A program made the translations under genes and the position numbers. DNA of 41,457 nt, taken from the NCBI GenBank assembly GCA_032718475.1, contig JAUCBJ010002966.1, positions 1-41,457 on the forward strand, read 5' to 3'. The notes below the pieces were generated by a model, which worked only from the letters and a program-made list of their open reading frames with translations, was not told where the DNA came from and did no database searches. This stretch comes from Nemertoderma westbladi. Its lineage: Eukaryota; Animalia; Xenacoelomorpha. This document shows positions 25,326-38,339 of the stretch, piece by piece (position 1 is the first letter of the stretch; every line of letters starts with the position of its first letter).

Positions 25326-26594
25326 CTAGAAAGGCATTTCCTAAAGGAAATGCAACCACGAAGCTAAGGAAAATTAAACAAAGGGCCACAATTTGGTTTG
25401 TTGCTTAGCCTAGTTTAGTAGCATTTGCCAATAAATAACTTATATTCCCATGGAAACTAGAATTCTCTGGAACTGTTGGTTTTACCTTTGAAAAAAGATT
25501 CAGTCCAGATTGTGGTTCAGATAAAACATACCAAGTTTCAGAAAATATTGTAGTTTATGACCAAATTACCGATTTTCTATCAAAATGCATCTGTTTGCAG
25601 TGGTTGTCATGCAAACTGAAAAATAGAACAATGTAATTCGGATGCAGAATAAGTCATATAATGGGGGTAGGTCTTGGTCCCAAGTCATAATACTATTAAC
25701 TTGTGTTTCAAATTATCATTTTAGAAATTTTAACGTCTGTTTAGTCTTGTTGCTATGGTAATTGGATTGTGTAATTAACCTCGAATGGATTGTATATGGA
25801 CCTTACAGATGAGTTGCAAAACCCCAAATTTATATTTATTACATTATTTTGCTACAAATAGAGTATTGAATTTAGACTTGAATGATATAGACTTTAATAA
25901 ACTCCAGTTACCATGGTAACAAGATATTTCTGGAATGTTTTCAGTTTCACTAAAAGTTCCAACTAATGGTCCAGATAACACATATCCAGTTTCGTAAAAT
26001 TTTATCGCGAAGTCTATGTCCAAATGAGTTATTTTTGTATAAAAACATCTGTTTTCAGCGGTTGTCATGGAAACTGCAAAATTAAACAATGAAATTCGGA
26101 CGCAGAATAAGTCATATAGTGGGGGTAGGGGTTGGTCCCAAGTCATACCACCCTAACCTTAGGCTTCAAATTAACATTTTATAAATTTTAACATCTGTTT
26201 AGCCTGGTTGCCAAGGTAACTGGATTTTCTATTTAACCTCAATCGGCTCAGCTATGGACCTTATAGTTGTGTTGAGAAACCCCAAGTTTATATGTATTAT
26301 AGTTTTCCTACAAATAGAGTTACAAATATTGATTTGAAATACATAGACTTTTTTCTAAGTCCGTTGCCATGGAAACCAGATTTTTCCTGGATATGAGACC
26401 CATCCCACACGACGCGCCTTGATGAGTTGTATATACATGCAAAATTTCAGGGTACTTTTAAAGGCTAGTTTTTTCACCTATCAAAAAACACTAAATCTGC
26501 TCCATACAAGTAAAAGGGCCTACTATGAATACACCATCTCAGCTAAGGAAAATCTTTCTTAGCGAAAGTAGTTGATTTTCCTTAGCTTCGTGGA
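25326..26594 (-). mobile_element. Helitron/HINE-like copy E, full length, nested in B
   Basis: Same termini; splits CATTA|TTTTGCTAC, which is intact at ~25842-25855. No TSD. Confidence 0.9.
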
Positions 26595-26734
26595 TTTTGC
26601 TACAAATAGAGTATTGAATTTAGACTTGAATGATATAGACTTTAATAAACTCCAGTTACCATGGTAACAAGATATTTCTGGAATGTTTTCAGTTTCACTA
26701 AAAGTTCCAACTAATGGTCCAGATAACACATTCT

Positions 26735-28739
26735 TGTGGTGTTGTAATAACAATAATGGTTAACAACAGTTCAGTATAATATAGGATTATGATTATAAGA
26801 TATTCCAGTATTCTATACAGCATTCAGTCAATAGCTTTTACTGGTAGTCAACCTGTATCACGAGAAAAGCATTTCCTAAAGGAAATGCAACCACGAAGCT
26901 AAGGAAAATTAAACAAAGGGCCACAATTTGGTTTGTTGCTTAGCCTAGTTTAGTAGCATTTGCCAATAAATAACTTATATTCCCATGGAAACTAGAATTC
27001 TATCAAAATGCATCTGTTTGCAGTGGTTGTCATGGAAACTGAAAAATAGAACAATGTAATTCGGATGCAGAATAAGTCATATAGTGGGGGTAGGTATTGG
27101 TCCCAAGTCATAATACTATTAACTTGTGTTTCAAATTATCATTTTAGAAATTTTAACATCTGTTTAGTCTTGTTGCTATGGTAATTGGATTGTGTAATTA
27201 ACCTCGAATGGATTGTATATGGACCTTACAGATGAGTTGCAAAACCCCAAATTTATATTTATTACATTATTTTGCTACAAATAGAGTTTTTATTGAATTT
27301 AGACTTGAATGATATAGACTTTAATAAACTCCAGTTACCATGGTAACAAGATATTTCTGGAATGTTTTCAGTTTCACTAAAAGTTCCAACTAATGGTCCA
27401 GATAACACATTCCCAGTTTCGTAAAATTTTATCGCGAAGTCTATGTCCAAATGAATTATTTTAGTATAAAAACATCTGTTTTCAGCGGTTGTCATGGTAA
27501 CTGCAAAATTAAACAATGAAATTCGGACGCAGAATAAGTCATATAGTGGGGGTAGGGGTTGGTCCCAAGACATAACACCTTAACCTTAGGCTTCAAATTT
27601 TCATGTTTTCAGCGGTTGCCATGGAAAGTGAGAAATAGAACAACGTAATTCGGATGCAGAATAAGTTATATAGAGGGGGTAGGGCTTGGTCCCATGTCAT
27701 AATAGCTTTAACTTTTGCTTAAAATTATCATTTTATAAATTTTAACGTCTGTTTAGCCTGGTTGTCATGGTAACAGGATTTTTTAATTTACCTCAATCTG
27801 CTCGACTATGGCCCTTGTAGTTGAGTTGAGAAACCCCAAGTTTATATCTATTGCGGTTTTTCTACAAATAGAGTTATGAATATAGACCTGAATGATATAA
27901 TCTGTAATAAACTCCAGTTACCACGGTAACTAGATATTTCTGGAATGTTTTGAGTTTCACTAAAAGTTCGAACTAGTGGTCCAGATAACACATATCCAGT
28001 TTCGTAAAATTTTATCGTGAAGTCTATGTCCAAATGAGTTATTTTCGTATAAAAACATCTGTTTTCAGCGGTTGTCATGGTAACTGCAAAATTAAACAAT
28101 GAAATTCGGACGCAGAATAAGTAATATATTGGGGGTAGGGGTTGGTCCCAAGACATAACACATAAACCTTAGGCTTCAAATTAACATTTTATAAATTTTA
28201 ACATCTGTTTAGCCCGGTTGCCAATGTAACTGGAATTTCTATTTAACCTCAATCGGCTCTGCTATGGACCTTATAGTTGAGTTGAGAAATCCCAAGTTTA
28301 TATGTATTATAGTTTTCCTACAAATAGAGTTATAAATATTGACTTGAAATACATAGACTTTTTTCTAAGTCCGTTGCCATGGAAACCAGATTTTTCCTGA
28401 ATATGAGACCCATCCCACACGACGCGCCTCGATGAGTAGTACATACATGCAAAATTTCAGGGTACTTTTAAAGGCTAGTTTTTTCCCCGACCAAAAAACA
28501 CTAAATCTGCCCCACACAAGTAAAATAGCCCACTATGAATAGACCATCTCAGCTAAGGAAAATCTTTCTTAGCGAAAGTAGTTGATTTTCCTTAGCTTCG
28601 TGGACTTACTGTACCGGTACTGCCGCACGGTACCTACCTACTCCCTTCAGTCCTGACTCTCCCCTACTGCTGTACCGCCGTCCTCCCCTACTCTAGGGGG
28701 CCGCATCCGCTTCACCCCCTGTGCGACTACCCTAACACA
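26735..28739 (-). repeat. 3' LTR (26735-26860 plus 28605-28739), split by copy G
   Basis: Both halves match 34860-35098. Confidence 0.92.
26861..28604 (-). mobile_element. Helitron/HINE-like copy G, 1744-bp rearranged variant inside the 3' LTR
   Basis: Same termini but ends CTCG rather than CTAG. Internal deletion near 27000 and an extra internal module. Empty site TGTATCA|CTTACTG is in the other LTR. Confidence 0.9.
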
Positions 28740-28795
28740 TCACCCCCAGTTTCTATAGAAACTAATTATTTTACAATTTTAGTTTGCAAATTGTA

Positions 28796-30062
28796 CTAGA
28801 AAGGCATTTCCTAAAGGAAATGCAACCACGAAGCTAAGGAAAATTAAACAAACGGCCACAATTTGGTTTGTTGCTTAGCCTAGTTTAGTAGCATTTGCCA
28901 ATAAATAACTTCTATTCCCATGGAAACTAGAGTTCTCTGGAACTGTTGGTTTTACCTTTGAAAAAAGATTCAGTCCAGATTGTTTTTCAGATAACACATC
29001 GAGTTTCAGAAAATATTGTAGTTTATGTCCAAATTACAGATTTTCTATCAAAATGCATCTGTTTGCAGTGGTTGTCATGGAAACTGAAAAATAGAACAAT
29101 GTAATTCGGATGCAGAATAAGTCATATAGTGGGGGTAGGTGTTGGTCCCAAGTCATAATACTATTAAATTGTGCTTCAAATTATCATTTTATTAATTTTA
29201 ACATCTGTTTAGACTTGTTGCTATGGTAAATGGATTTTCTAATTAACTTCGAACGGCTTGTATATGGACCTTATAGATGAGTTGCAAAACCCCAAGTTTA
29301 TATATATTACAGTTTTTCTCCAAATAGAGTTATGATTATAGACTTGAATGATATATAACTTTAAAAAAACTACAGTTACCATGGTAACTAGATATTTCTG
29401 GAATGTTTTGAGTTTCACTAAAAGTTCCAACTAGTGGTCCAGATAACACATACCTAGTTTCGTAAAATTTTATCGTGAAGTCTATGTACAAATGAATAAT
29501 TTTCGTATAAAAACATCTGTTTTCAGCGGTTGTCAAGGTAACTGCAAAATAGAACAATCAAATTCGGACGCAGAATAAGTTATATAGTGGGGGTAGGGAT
29601 TGGTCCCAAGTCATCACACCTTAACCTTAGGCTTCAAATTAACATTTTAAAAATTTTAACATCTGTTTAGCCCGGTTGCCAAGGTAACTGGATTTTCTAT
29701 TTAACCTCAATCGGCTCTGCTATGGACCTTATAGTTGTGTTGAGAAACCCCAAGTTTATATGTATTATAGTTTTCCTACAAATAGAGTTACAAATATTGA
29801 CTTGAAATACATAGACTTTTTTCTAAGTCCGTTGCCATGGAAACCAGATTTTTCCTGGAGATGAGACCCATCCCACACGACGCGCCTTGATGAGTTGTAT
29901 ATACATGCAAAATTTCAGGGTACTTTTAAAGGCTAGTTTTTTCCCCGACCAAAAAACACTAAATCTGCTCCATACAAGTAAAATAGCCCACTATGAATAG
30001 ACCATCTCAGCTAAGGAAAATCTTTCTTAGCGAAAGTAGTTGATTTTCCTTAGCTTCGTGGA
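28796..30062 (-). mobile_element. Helitron/HINE-like copy H, full length, in the gypsy 3' UTR
   Basis: CTAGAAAGGCATTTCC...CTTCGTGGA termini on the plus strand. Confidence 0.9.
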
Positions 30063-30101
30063 CATAACCGAGTCGTAGTAATTATTATCTCATCGTCCAT
30101 A

Positions 30102-31368
30102 CGAGAAAGGCATTTCCTAAAGGAAATGCAACCACGAAGCTAAGGAAAATTAAACAAACGGCCACACTTTGGTTCGTTGCTTAGCCTCGTTTAGTAGCAA
30201 TTGTCAATAATTAACTTCTATTCCCATGGAAACTAGAGTTCTCTGGAACTGTTGCTTTAACCTTTGAAAAAAAATTCAGTACAGATTGTGGTTCAGATAA
30301 CACATATACTGAGTTTCAGAAAATATTGTAGTTTATGTCCAAATTACCGATTTTCTATCAAAATGCATCTGTTTGCAGTGGTTGTCATGGAAACTGAAAA
30401 ATAGAACAATGTAATTCGGATGCAGAATAAGTCATATAGTGGGGGTAGGTGTTGGTCCCAAGTCATAATACTATTAACTTGTGCTTCAAATTATCATTTT
30501 ATAAATTTTAACATCTGTTTAGACTTGTTGCTATGGTAACTGTATTTTCTAATTAACCTCAAACGGCTTGGATATGGATCTTATAGATGAGTTGCAAAAC
30601 CCCAAGTTTATATATATTACAGTTTTGCTACAAATAGAGTTATCAATATAAATTTTAATGATATAGAGTTTAATTACCTACAGTTACCATGGTAACTAAA
30701 TTTCTGGAATAATTTAAGTTTCACTAAAAGTTCCAACTAGTGGTCCAGATAACACATACCCAGTTTTGTAAAATTTTATCGTAAAGTCTATGTCCAAATG
30801 AATAAGTTTTGAATAAAAACATCTGTTTTCAGCGGTTGTCATGGTAACTGAAAAATAGAACAATGTAATTCGGATGCAGAATAAGTTATATAGTGGGGGT
30901 AGGGGTTGGTCCCAAGTCATAACACCTTGCCCTTAGGCCTCAAATTAACATTTTATAAATTTTAACATCTGTTTATCCCGGTTGCCAAGGTAACTGGATT
31001 TTCTATTTAGCCTCAATCGGATCTGCTATGGACCTTATAGTTGTGTTGCGAAACCCCAAGTTTATATCTATTATAGTTTTCCTACAAATAGAGTTATAAA
31101 TATTGACTTGAAATACATAGACTTTTTTTGAAGTCCGTTGCCATGGAAACCAGATTTTTCCTGGATATGAGACCCGGCCCAAAAGATGCGCCTCGTCGAG
31201 TAGTATATACATGCAAAATTTCAGGGTACTTTTAAAGGCTAGTTTTTTCCCCGACCAAAAAACCCCAAATCTGCTCCATACAAGTAAAATAGCCCACTAT
31301 GAATAGACCATCTCAGCTAAGGAAAATCTTTCTTAGCGAAAGTAGTTGATTTTCCTTAGCTTCGTGGA
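30102..31368 (-). mobile_element. Helitron/HINE-like copy I, full length, in the gypsy 3' UTR
   Basis: CGAGAAAGGCATTTCC...CTTCGTGGA termini; 39 bp from copy H. Confidence 0.9.
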
Positions 31369-31402
31369 TCGGCGATCGGTGTCCTAACCCCAGAACACCA
31401 CG

Positions 31403-34400
31403 TCAGTCAACATCGAACCCGTAATATCGCGGAGCCCGTATTTGTCTACCAATACATGTCACAATCGGCTCCGGATCGCAATCATCGCTGATATTACTAT
31501 CAGTATCATCAGTTTCAGAGTTCTCAGAACTTTCAGTTTCGGAGTTACTTATTTCAGGCTTTTTAGAACTTTCAGTTTCGTGCCCCTTTTCCTTATCTGT
31601 ACCTGTCCGGCTGGGCACCTTCCGTACATCGTGTAGGTGTCGCCGCACCCCCTTCACCATGACCGACCGAGTGTCAACTGCATTTACCTGAACCGGTCCC
31701 CTCCATTTTTGAGTGCATTGGACGTGCTGGCCAGGTTATACGTAAACCATGTCACCCTTCTCTATAGTAGAATGCGGGAACGCGAACGTTTTTCCTGGAT
31801 GTTTGAGTTCGTCCTGCTCTGGGGAAAGAGCAGTTACCCCTGGTAGTTTCCTATGGCGTTGTGCCAACCCCTGGAAGCACTGGCTGGCCGGGCAACGTTC
31901 TTGGCCCTGCCCCTTCGTTTGATTGTACCAGAATGTGGCCTGCTCCAATGTTTTCCCTGATCGAGCAGCCCATTTCTTTATAGTCCTATGAACTCTTTCC
32001 ACAGAATTACCTTGTGGTCGATAGGCGCAGACGTACTTTAGTTTTACCTCCCACTTCTCGAGAAATTCTTGGACTTCACGGCTCCAATATGCTGGGCCGT
32101 GGTCTGCCAAGAATTCGTCTGGCGGACCGAATTCGATGAACAGCTGTTGCAGTTCCAGAACAACAGTTGACGCTTTCTGATTGGCTGCTCGTCGACATAC
32201 AGTGTAGTTGGTTGCACAATCTAATATCGTTAAATACTTTCTGTTTCCATAGTCTGTGAAATCGCTTGAAAGTCGCCCCCACGGTTGATTAACCTTACTA
32301 GTTCCTGGTTCCCATGGTAACGGACTGGGATCGATGCTAATACACTGTTCACAGTCGCGGCACACCTTCTCAATGAGTTTTTTCGGCACTATATTTTTTA
32401 TTTCGCGGTCGTTCTGGCAGAGTTCAGCGGTTCGTTCCACCCCTGGGTGGAAAATATTGTGGATTTCTCTAACTCGCTCTATTTGTCTGTTTTCTGGGTT
32501 AGTATTCTCAGAGACGGTTGTCGCCGCTGCTATCACATTGCCCCCCTCATTAGTTTCAGTTTCTAGTTTTATCCATTTTTGGGGAACTCTCGTGAGGGGG
32601 TCTGCTATATTCTTTTCTGATGCAACTTGATGTACTCGAATAGTGAGTTTATATTGCTCGATCATGTTTCCTATCAGATCAAGTCGCCGTGCCACTAACT
32701 TTCACGCTTGCCCTTTTGTGTGGATCCTATGTGAGTCGTTTATCACTGCTTTCAACCAACTTCCAGCAGTTACAGAATCCACATATAAGTCGATATCTAC
32801 CAACCCCCAATCGATGGCTAGGTTTATCCCCTCCACAATGGCATCGAGTTCTGCTACGTTTATGTGGCTAGTGTCATTAGGTTTTCGCAGCCAGGCCGCA
32901 TCTTCCACTATCACACCTCCGATTTTTATCACCACACCCTTTGCTATAGAGCTAGCATCCGACCATACCTCACCGTGTGTCGTCATCGGGACTACCCAGT
33001 CACCTGTCACCGGATCGCTGGTCTCTAGACGGGCCAAGGTTTCACTCAACATTTTTTGGACCCCCTTCTCTACAGCTGTGTCCCACGCTTTCCCTGCACT
33101 GCAGCGCTGCAGCCATGCACACGATGGTCTGAGCCACCCCGCCACCGGGTAGTGTCCACGCAGCTTCCCACATTATCGAGTGAAGCACCCGACGTGTAAT
33201 AACATCCGGTATGGTTTGAGGCAGTTCTGAGTCTCTGCTCCATCGCAGTGTCTGCGTACAATCAGCATCCATTCGCAGACCAAGTACCTTACTCCCAGGC
33301 CTAACCATTTCCGCCTCTTTAGTAATAAGTCCATATTTCCAGAGATGATTACGCACTTCCTCGGCTGATATTTGGTTGGTATCGATATGAACGTCGTCCC
33401 GGAAGTTGTCTGTTGCCTCCTTAACTTTATCGTCTCATGTTAGCACTGTCTCCACGATCCGGTCCATCGCTTTGGGTGCTACTGCCAGTCCGAACCCCAT
33501 CTTTGTTACAACATATCTGACATTCCTTATCACAACTGTTTGGAAAGATTGGAGATATTCTGGAACATTCACTTGCATATATGCCCATTTCAAGTCGACT
33601 ATGGCCGTATTGTGTCCCATTCGGCGCCATTTTCTCATCTTCTCGCCACACGCCGCAGCATCTCAGCCTGGTGAATTCTCAATATATTGGTTTAACTCTC
33701 GATAGTCTAATATTGGGCGTATTCGCCTTTTCTTTGGCTCGTATTTTCCCATCAATGGGATGGTCCCTCGCACCTTCCCGTGTCGCTCTTTGTCATAGGG
33801 TACCACCCAGCCTTTGTCTATCCATTCATCTAAGGCTTATCATACATTTCGCGGTGTTCGGGACGAATTTTATACTCAGTTGTATGGTTCTTCAGTGTTG
33901 GTGGACCCTCATCTGTTTTCCACTTCCACTCAACTGACCAATGTTTCCCGTCATAATTGGCTCGGAAATCCGATTCATCTATATTGATATTCCGCGGGCC
34001 TGGAATGTCTTGTCCCGTATTTATCTCATCTATCTTTGCCACCGCCCCAGCTGCTCCAAATACAACCCGGATAACGTCGCGGCCCCAATCCGTTTAATTG
34101 TGTCATACCCAAGAATTATTGTCGCGATCCCCAACAGCTTCTCCACTACCAGGAATGTACACTTCACCAGTTGTTGCTGACCTTCAACCTCGATTATGGT
34201 GAGGTCAACTTCTCCAACAATATTAGCCTGGGCTTCACCATCTAGCATAGTGATGTTTCACCTTTGGCCTGGATTCGACATAATACTGAGTTTATGCTGT
34301 TTACACCAAGGGGCTGACACCACACCTCTAGTACACCCTGTGTCAACTAACGCCATCACTGTCCCTTCTACATCTTCTATGCGTACGCCAACTACTGGTG

Positions 34401-34850
34401 CATCCAGCTTCCCTGGGAAACGTCCGTTGGCCGCAACGTTCCCCTCTTCTCGTTTCCCGTCGGTTCCGGACCAACACTTCCAGGTGCCCCCCGGTCGCCT
34501 CCGCCGCCTCGACAACCCCTAGCTAGGTGGCCCGCGTTACCACATTTAAAGCATACCACCTTCCCTGATGGTGACCCTCCTGCCGACTGTCATTCCCTCG
34601 CAAAATGTCCTGGTTTCCCACAGTTATAGCAGCTGCTTGGGTTCGCCCCCAGTCCGCCCCACGCCGCCCCGACCCCGACCCCGACGGTAGTCCGATTGGT
34701 CTCCTTGATATCGTTGATATCCACCTGCTGCGCCCATCTGCTCGCTGACTGTTTGCTCGGACAACATTCTCCTTGCATGATTTAGCAATTCGCCGACACC
34801 CCCCTTTGATGCCATCGCTTTTACTTCCCCGCGCACTCTATCAGGCAGCC
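31403..34850 (-). pseudogene. gypsy gag-pol, with multiple frameshifts and stops
   Basis: Zinc knuckles CYNCGKPGHFARE and CFKCGNAGHLARGC; protease ALVDTGC; RT VDLKWAYMQV, MGFGLAVAP and FRDD; RNase H WSDAS, HINVAEL and YVDS; integrase HHCC (HNIFHPG..CEQC) with SDF, ADHG and VERVHRTIK. Confidence 0.93.
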
Positions 34851-34859
34851 CTGGTTAAC

Positions 34860-35098
34860 TGGTTAACAACAGTTCAGTATAATATAGGATTATGATTATA
34901 AGATATTCCAGTATTCTATACAGCATTCAGTCAATAGCTTTTACTGGTAGTCAACCTGTATCACTTACTGTACCGGTACTGCCGCACGGTACCTACCTAC
35001 TCCCTTCAGTCCTGACTCTCCCCTACTGCTGTACCGCCGTCCTCCCCTACTCTAGGGGGCCGCATCCGCTTCACCCCCTGTGCGACTACCCTAACACA
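34860..35098 (-). repeat. 5' LTR lacking its inner 22 bp
   Basis: Matches the 3' LTR from 26757 onward and is fused directly to mid-gag at a TGGTTAAC duplication. Confidence 0.9.
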
Positions 35099-35711
35099 AT
35101 TCCCAGTTTCGTAAAATTTTATCGCGAAGTCTATGTCCAAATGAGTTATTTTTGTATAAAAACATCTGTTTTCAGCGGTTGTCATGGTAACTGCAAAATT
35201 AAACAATGAAATTCGGACGCAGAATAAGTCATATAGTGGGGGTAGGGATTGGTCCCAAGACATAACACCTTAACCTTAGGCTTCAAATTAACATTTTATA
35301 AATTTTAACATCTGTTTAGCACGGTTGCCAAGGTAACTGGATTTTCTATTCAACCTCAATCGGCTCTGCTATGGACCTTATAGTTGAGTTGAGAAACCCC
35401 AAGTTTATATCTAGTATAGTTTTCCTACAAATAGAGATATAAATATTGACTTGAAATACATAGACTTTTTTCTAAGTCCGTTGCCATGGAAACCAGATTT
35501 TTCCTGGATATGAGACCCATCCCACACGACGCGCCTTGATGAGTAGTATATACATGCAAAATTTCAGGGTACTTTTAAAGGCTAGTTTTTTCTGGAATAA
35601 AAAAACACTAAATCTGCTCCATACAAGTAAAAGGGCCTACTATGAATACACCATCTCAGCTAAGGAAAATCTTTCTTAGCGAAAGTAGTTGATTTTCCTT
35701 AGCTTCGTGGA

Positions 35712-36216
35712 CTGACTACTGGCTACTGGCTACTGACTACTGGCTACTGACTACTACTGGCTACTGACTACTGGCTATTGACCTAGAGCAAAAACGGCTC
35801 TAACGATTTTGATGAAATTTTGCATGGACCATGAAAATAGATTTCTATGGGTAGGCCTACTTGTGAAATCGCGGTTTAAATTGAAACATCTCAACTTGTT
35901 GAAATAGCCCCAAAACACGAAAATTGCTCATGAAAAATGTATAGAGATGGGCTTGTAATGAATTCATTAGGAAGAGCCAACTAACAAAGAAGTACTTTCT
36001 GTGCCAAGTTTTATTATCACTCTACTCTACAACCCAGACAGTAAGCAAACATTAACTGGTTTAGCTGGTTATTACAGTCTCAGCTGAATAACTCTTCACA
36101 ATGCATCATAAAGGAAAATCTACAAGGTTACTCACTCTGTTATGTTAATTAATTGGCGTGCAAGGCTATGCTTATAAGGCTGAATGTTTACTCAGCCTCA
36201 TAATGATTCTCCATAA
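35712..36216 (+). mobile_element. Microsatellite-bearing HINE-like host element, related to 18569-19560
   Basis: CTACTGG/A tract, then GCCAACTAACAA..GTACTTTCTGTGCCAAG and GCTTATAAGGCTGAATGTTTACTCAGC, shared with 18860-19205. Confidence 0.65.
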
Positions 36217-36239
36217 TAGTAGGGACGTTAAGCACCATA

Positions 36240-37136
36240 CTAGAAAGGCATTTCCTAAAGGAAATACAACCACGAAGCTAAGGAAAATTAAACACTCTTT
36301 GACTCATCAGTTCATTGCTTTACAGAGTTAAGAGGCATATGCCTTAAAACTCATATTACCATGGCAACCGGAGTTTTCTAGAACTGCTGAGGTTTACATT
36401 AAGATCCGGTTTGTGGTTCCAGGTGACACATACTTCAATTCAGTTTCATTGAGTAGTTAATGTGCAAAACTAAGGATTTAATTGTTAAAACGTCTGTTTG
36501 TAGTGGTTGTCATGGAAACTGAAAAATGGAACAATTTAAATTGGATGCGGAATTAGTGATATAGTGGGGGTAGGGATTGGTCCCAAGTCGTAATACCTTA
36601 AAGTTATGCTTCAAATAACCATTTTATAAATTTGATTTATAAATTTAGCATGGTTGCCCTGGTAACTGGATTTTCTAATTAACCTCAATCAGCTCGACTA
36701 TTGTCCTTATCATTGAGTTAAGAAACCCCAACTTTATATCTATTGCGGTTATTCTATAAATAGAGTTATGAATATAGACGTGAATGATATAATCTGTAAT
36801 AAACTCCAGTTACCATGGTAACTAGATATTTCTGGAATGGTTTGAGTTTCACTAAAAGTTCCAACTAGTGGTCCAGATAACACATATCCAGTTTCGTAAA
36901 ATTTTATCGCGAAGTCTATGTCCAAATGAGTAATTGTTGTATAAAAACATCTGTTTTCAGCGGTTGTCATAGTAACTGCAAAATAGAACAATGAAATTCG
37001 GACGTGGAATAAGTTATATAGTGGGTAGGGATTGGTCCAAAGTCATAACACCTTAACCTTAAGCTTCAAATTATCATTTTAAAAATTTTAATATCTGTTT
37101 AGCCTTGTTGCCAAGGTAACTGGATTTTCTATTTAA
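36240..37136 (-). mobile_element. Diverged Helitron/HINE-like copy K, 5'-truncated
   Basis: The CTAG-hairpin end is at 36240 and the TC end is missing. Flanked by TAAGCACCATA at 36229-36239 and 37137-37147. Confidence 0.85.
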
Positions 37137-38339
37137 TAAGCACCATATTTTGGAGGAATTGTGCATTTTGTGATAAAAGCACCAAAACTTACCCATAGAT
37201 AGTCCATATAAGGGCGAGTGTCTTAAGATAGGGAACCATCTCTGAATATCATCGGTACCCTGTTACCATGCCAACGAAGACTACTTACCTTAGTAATGGG
37301 TGATTGGCTGAATGAAATTTCCCCAAAATTGGTCAAGTTTTACACCTTGTTATATAGCGATTACTTAAAAGTTTAGGTGACCGAATATTCAAATGAGGAC
37401 CATAACAACGGGCAATTATTTACTTAGCAACTGATTTTTTTCCCAAAATATAACTTTTTCTGCCCAAATATATCTCCTAAATTGATCAATAAGTAACCAT
37501 CCACGGGAGTAATGAACAAAGTTAATGTTAGTAAACTCTACTAATCATGTTGCCATGGATACGAGGAAATAATTTGAAATGTATTAATCTGATCTGTTTT
37601 TATTATGCCATCAGATATTCTATTAATAATAACAACAAATAGTCCGGTATAATTAGAATTAAATATAGATTTATCGAGATTGCACAAAAGGGCACTACAA
37701 ATATGTGAAATCGTTAGTAACAGAAGATAGAAACAAAGCCAAGAACGGCCTAAACCCATATTAACCATATTAATAAGATTAAGGGCAATTAATCAGATTT
37801 TGGTTAGTGTCAGAAACTATAAAAACTATAGGCTTACAGTAAAGTATCTCTGTATCATTCCTAAGACAAGTCGTTGGAGTCCCCCGTGTTTTACAAAATA
37901 GAAATGGTATACAATACATAATAGGCATAGTTGGGCGCATTAGAGCGACTACTGCATGCATTCCAAAAATATAATGAAAATATTATACTTACTTTTAGTT
38001 ACATGTGGTTGGCACAATGGAAAATATGGTAAAGCAAAAAAAAGGTAAATATAATTATATGGTTAGATACAAGTTAGGTAAAACGAAAAATGTCGCAGGA
38101 CTTTATCCATAAGATTTAAAGGTTAGTAGTGCAGATAATATAATTATGGTGGGGCCGGAGAACCAAACACAATGGCAACCACGGCTAAATATTGACCCGA
38201 AGCATTTATGTGGGTTAAAGCAAATTTAATTTAATGTCATTGGGCACTAGTGCGAGTCCTGTGTTAGTGTTGGTTCCAAAATAAAGAATATATCTTCTAC
38301 AGGGCACATGCAGGGAAAACCTATGTATTTCTGTACTTC

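Larger units (their letters stand above)
26735..35098 (-). mobile_element. Defective Ty3/gypsy LTR retrotransposon nested in copy B
   Basis: TG...CA ends; 5-bp TSD ATTCT/ATTCC with 1 mismatch; ~261-bp LTR; purine tract GGGGGTGA next to the 3' LTR (28740-28747); gag-PR-RT-RH-IN order. Confidence 0.92.
23536..35711 (-). mobile_element. Helitron/HINE-like copy B, split into 23536-23747, 25017-25325, 26595-26734 and 35099-35711
   Basis: The four pieces join colinearly into one ~1.27-kb copy when compared with intact copy E. Confidence 0.85.

Noticed and set aside
24260-36991. Recurring MTTAENRCFYTKITHLDIDF ORFs
   Set aside because: Chance frames in the repeated Helitron module; lengths and stops vary between copies and no domain is recognisable.
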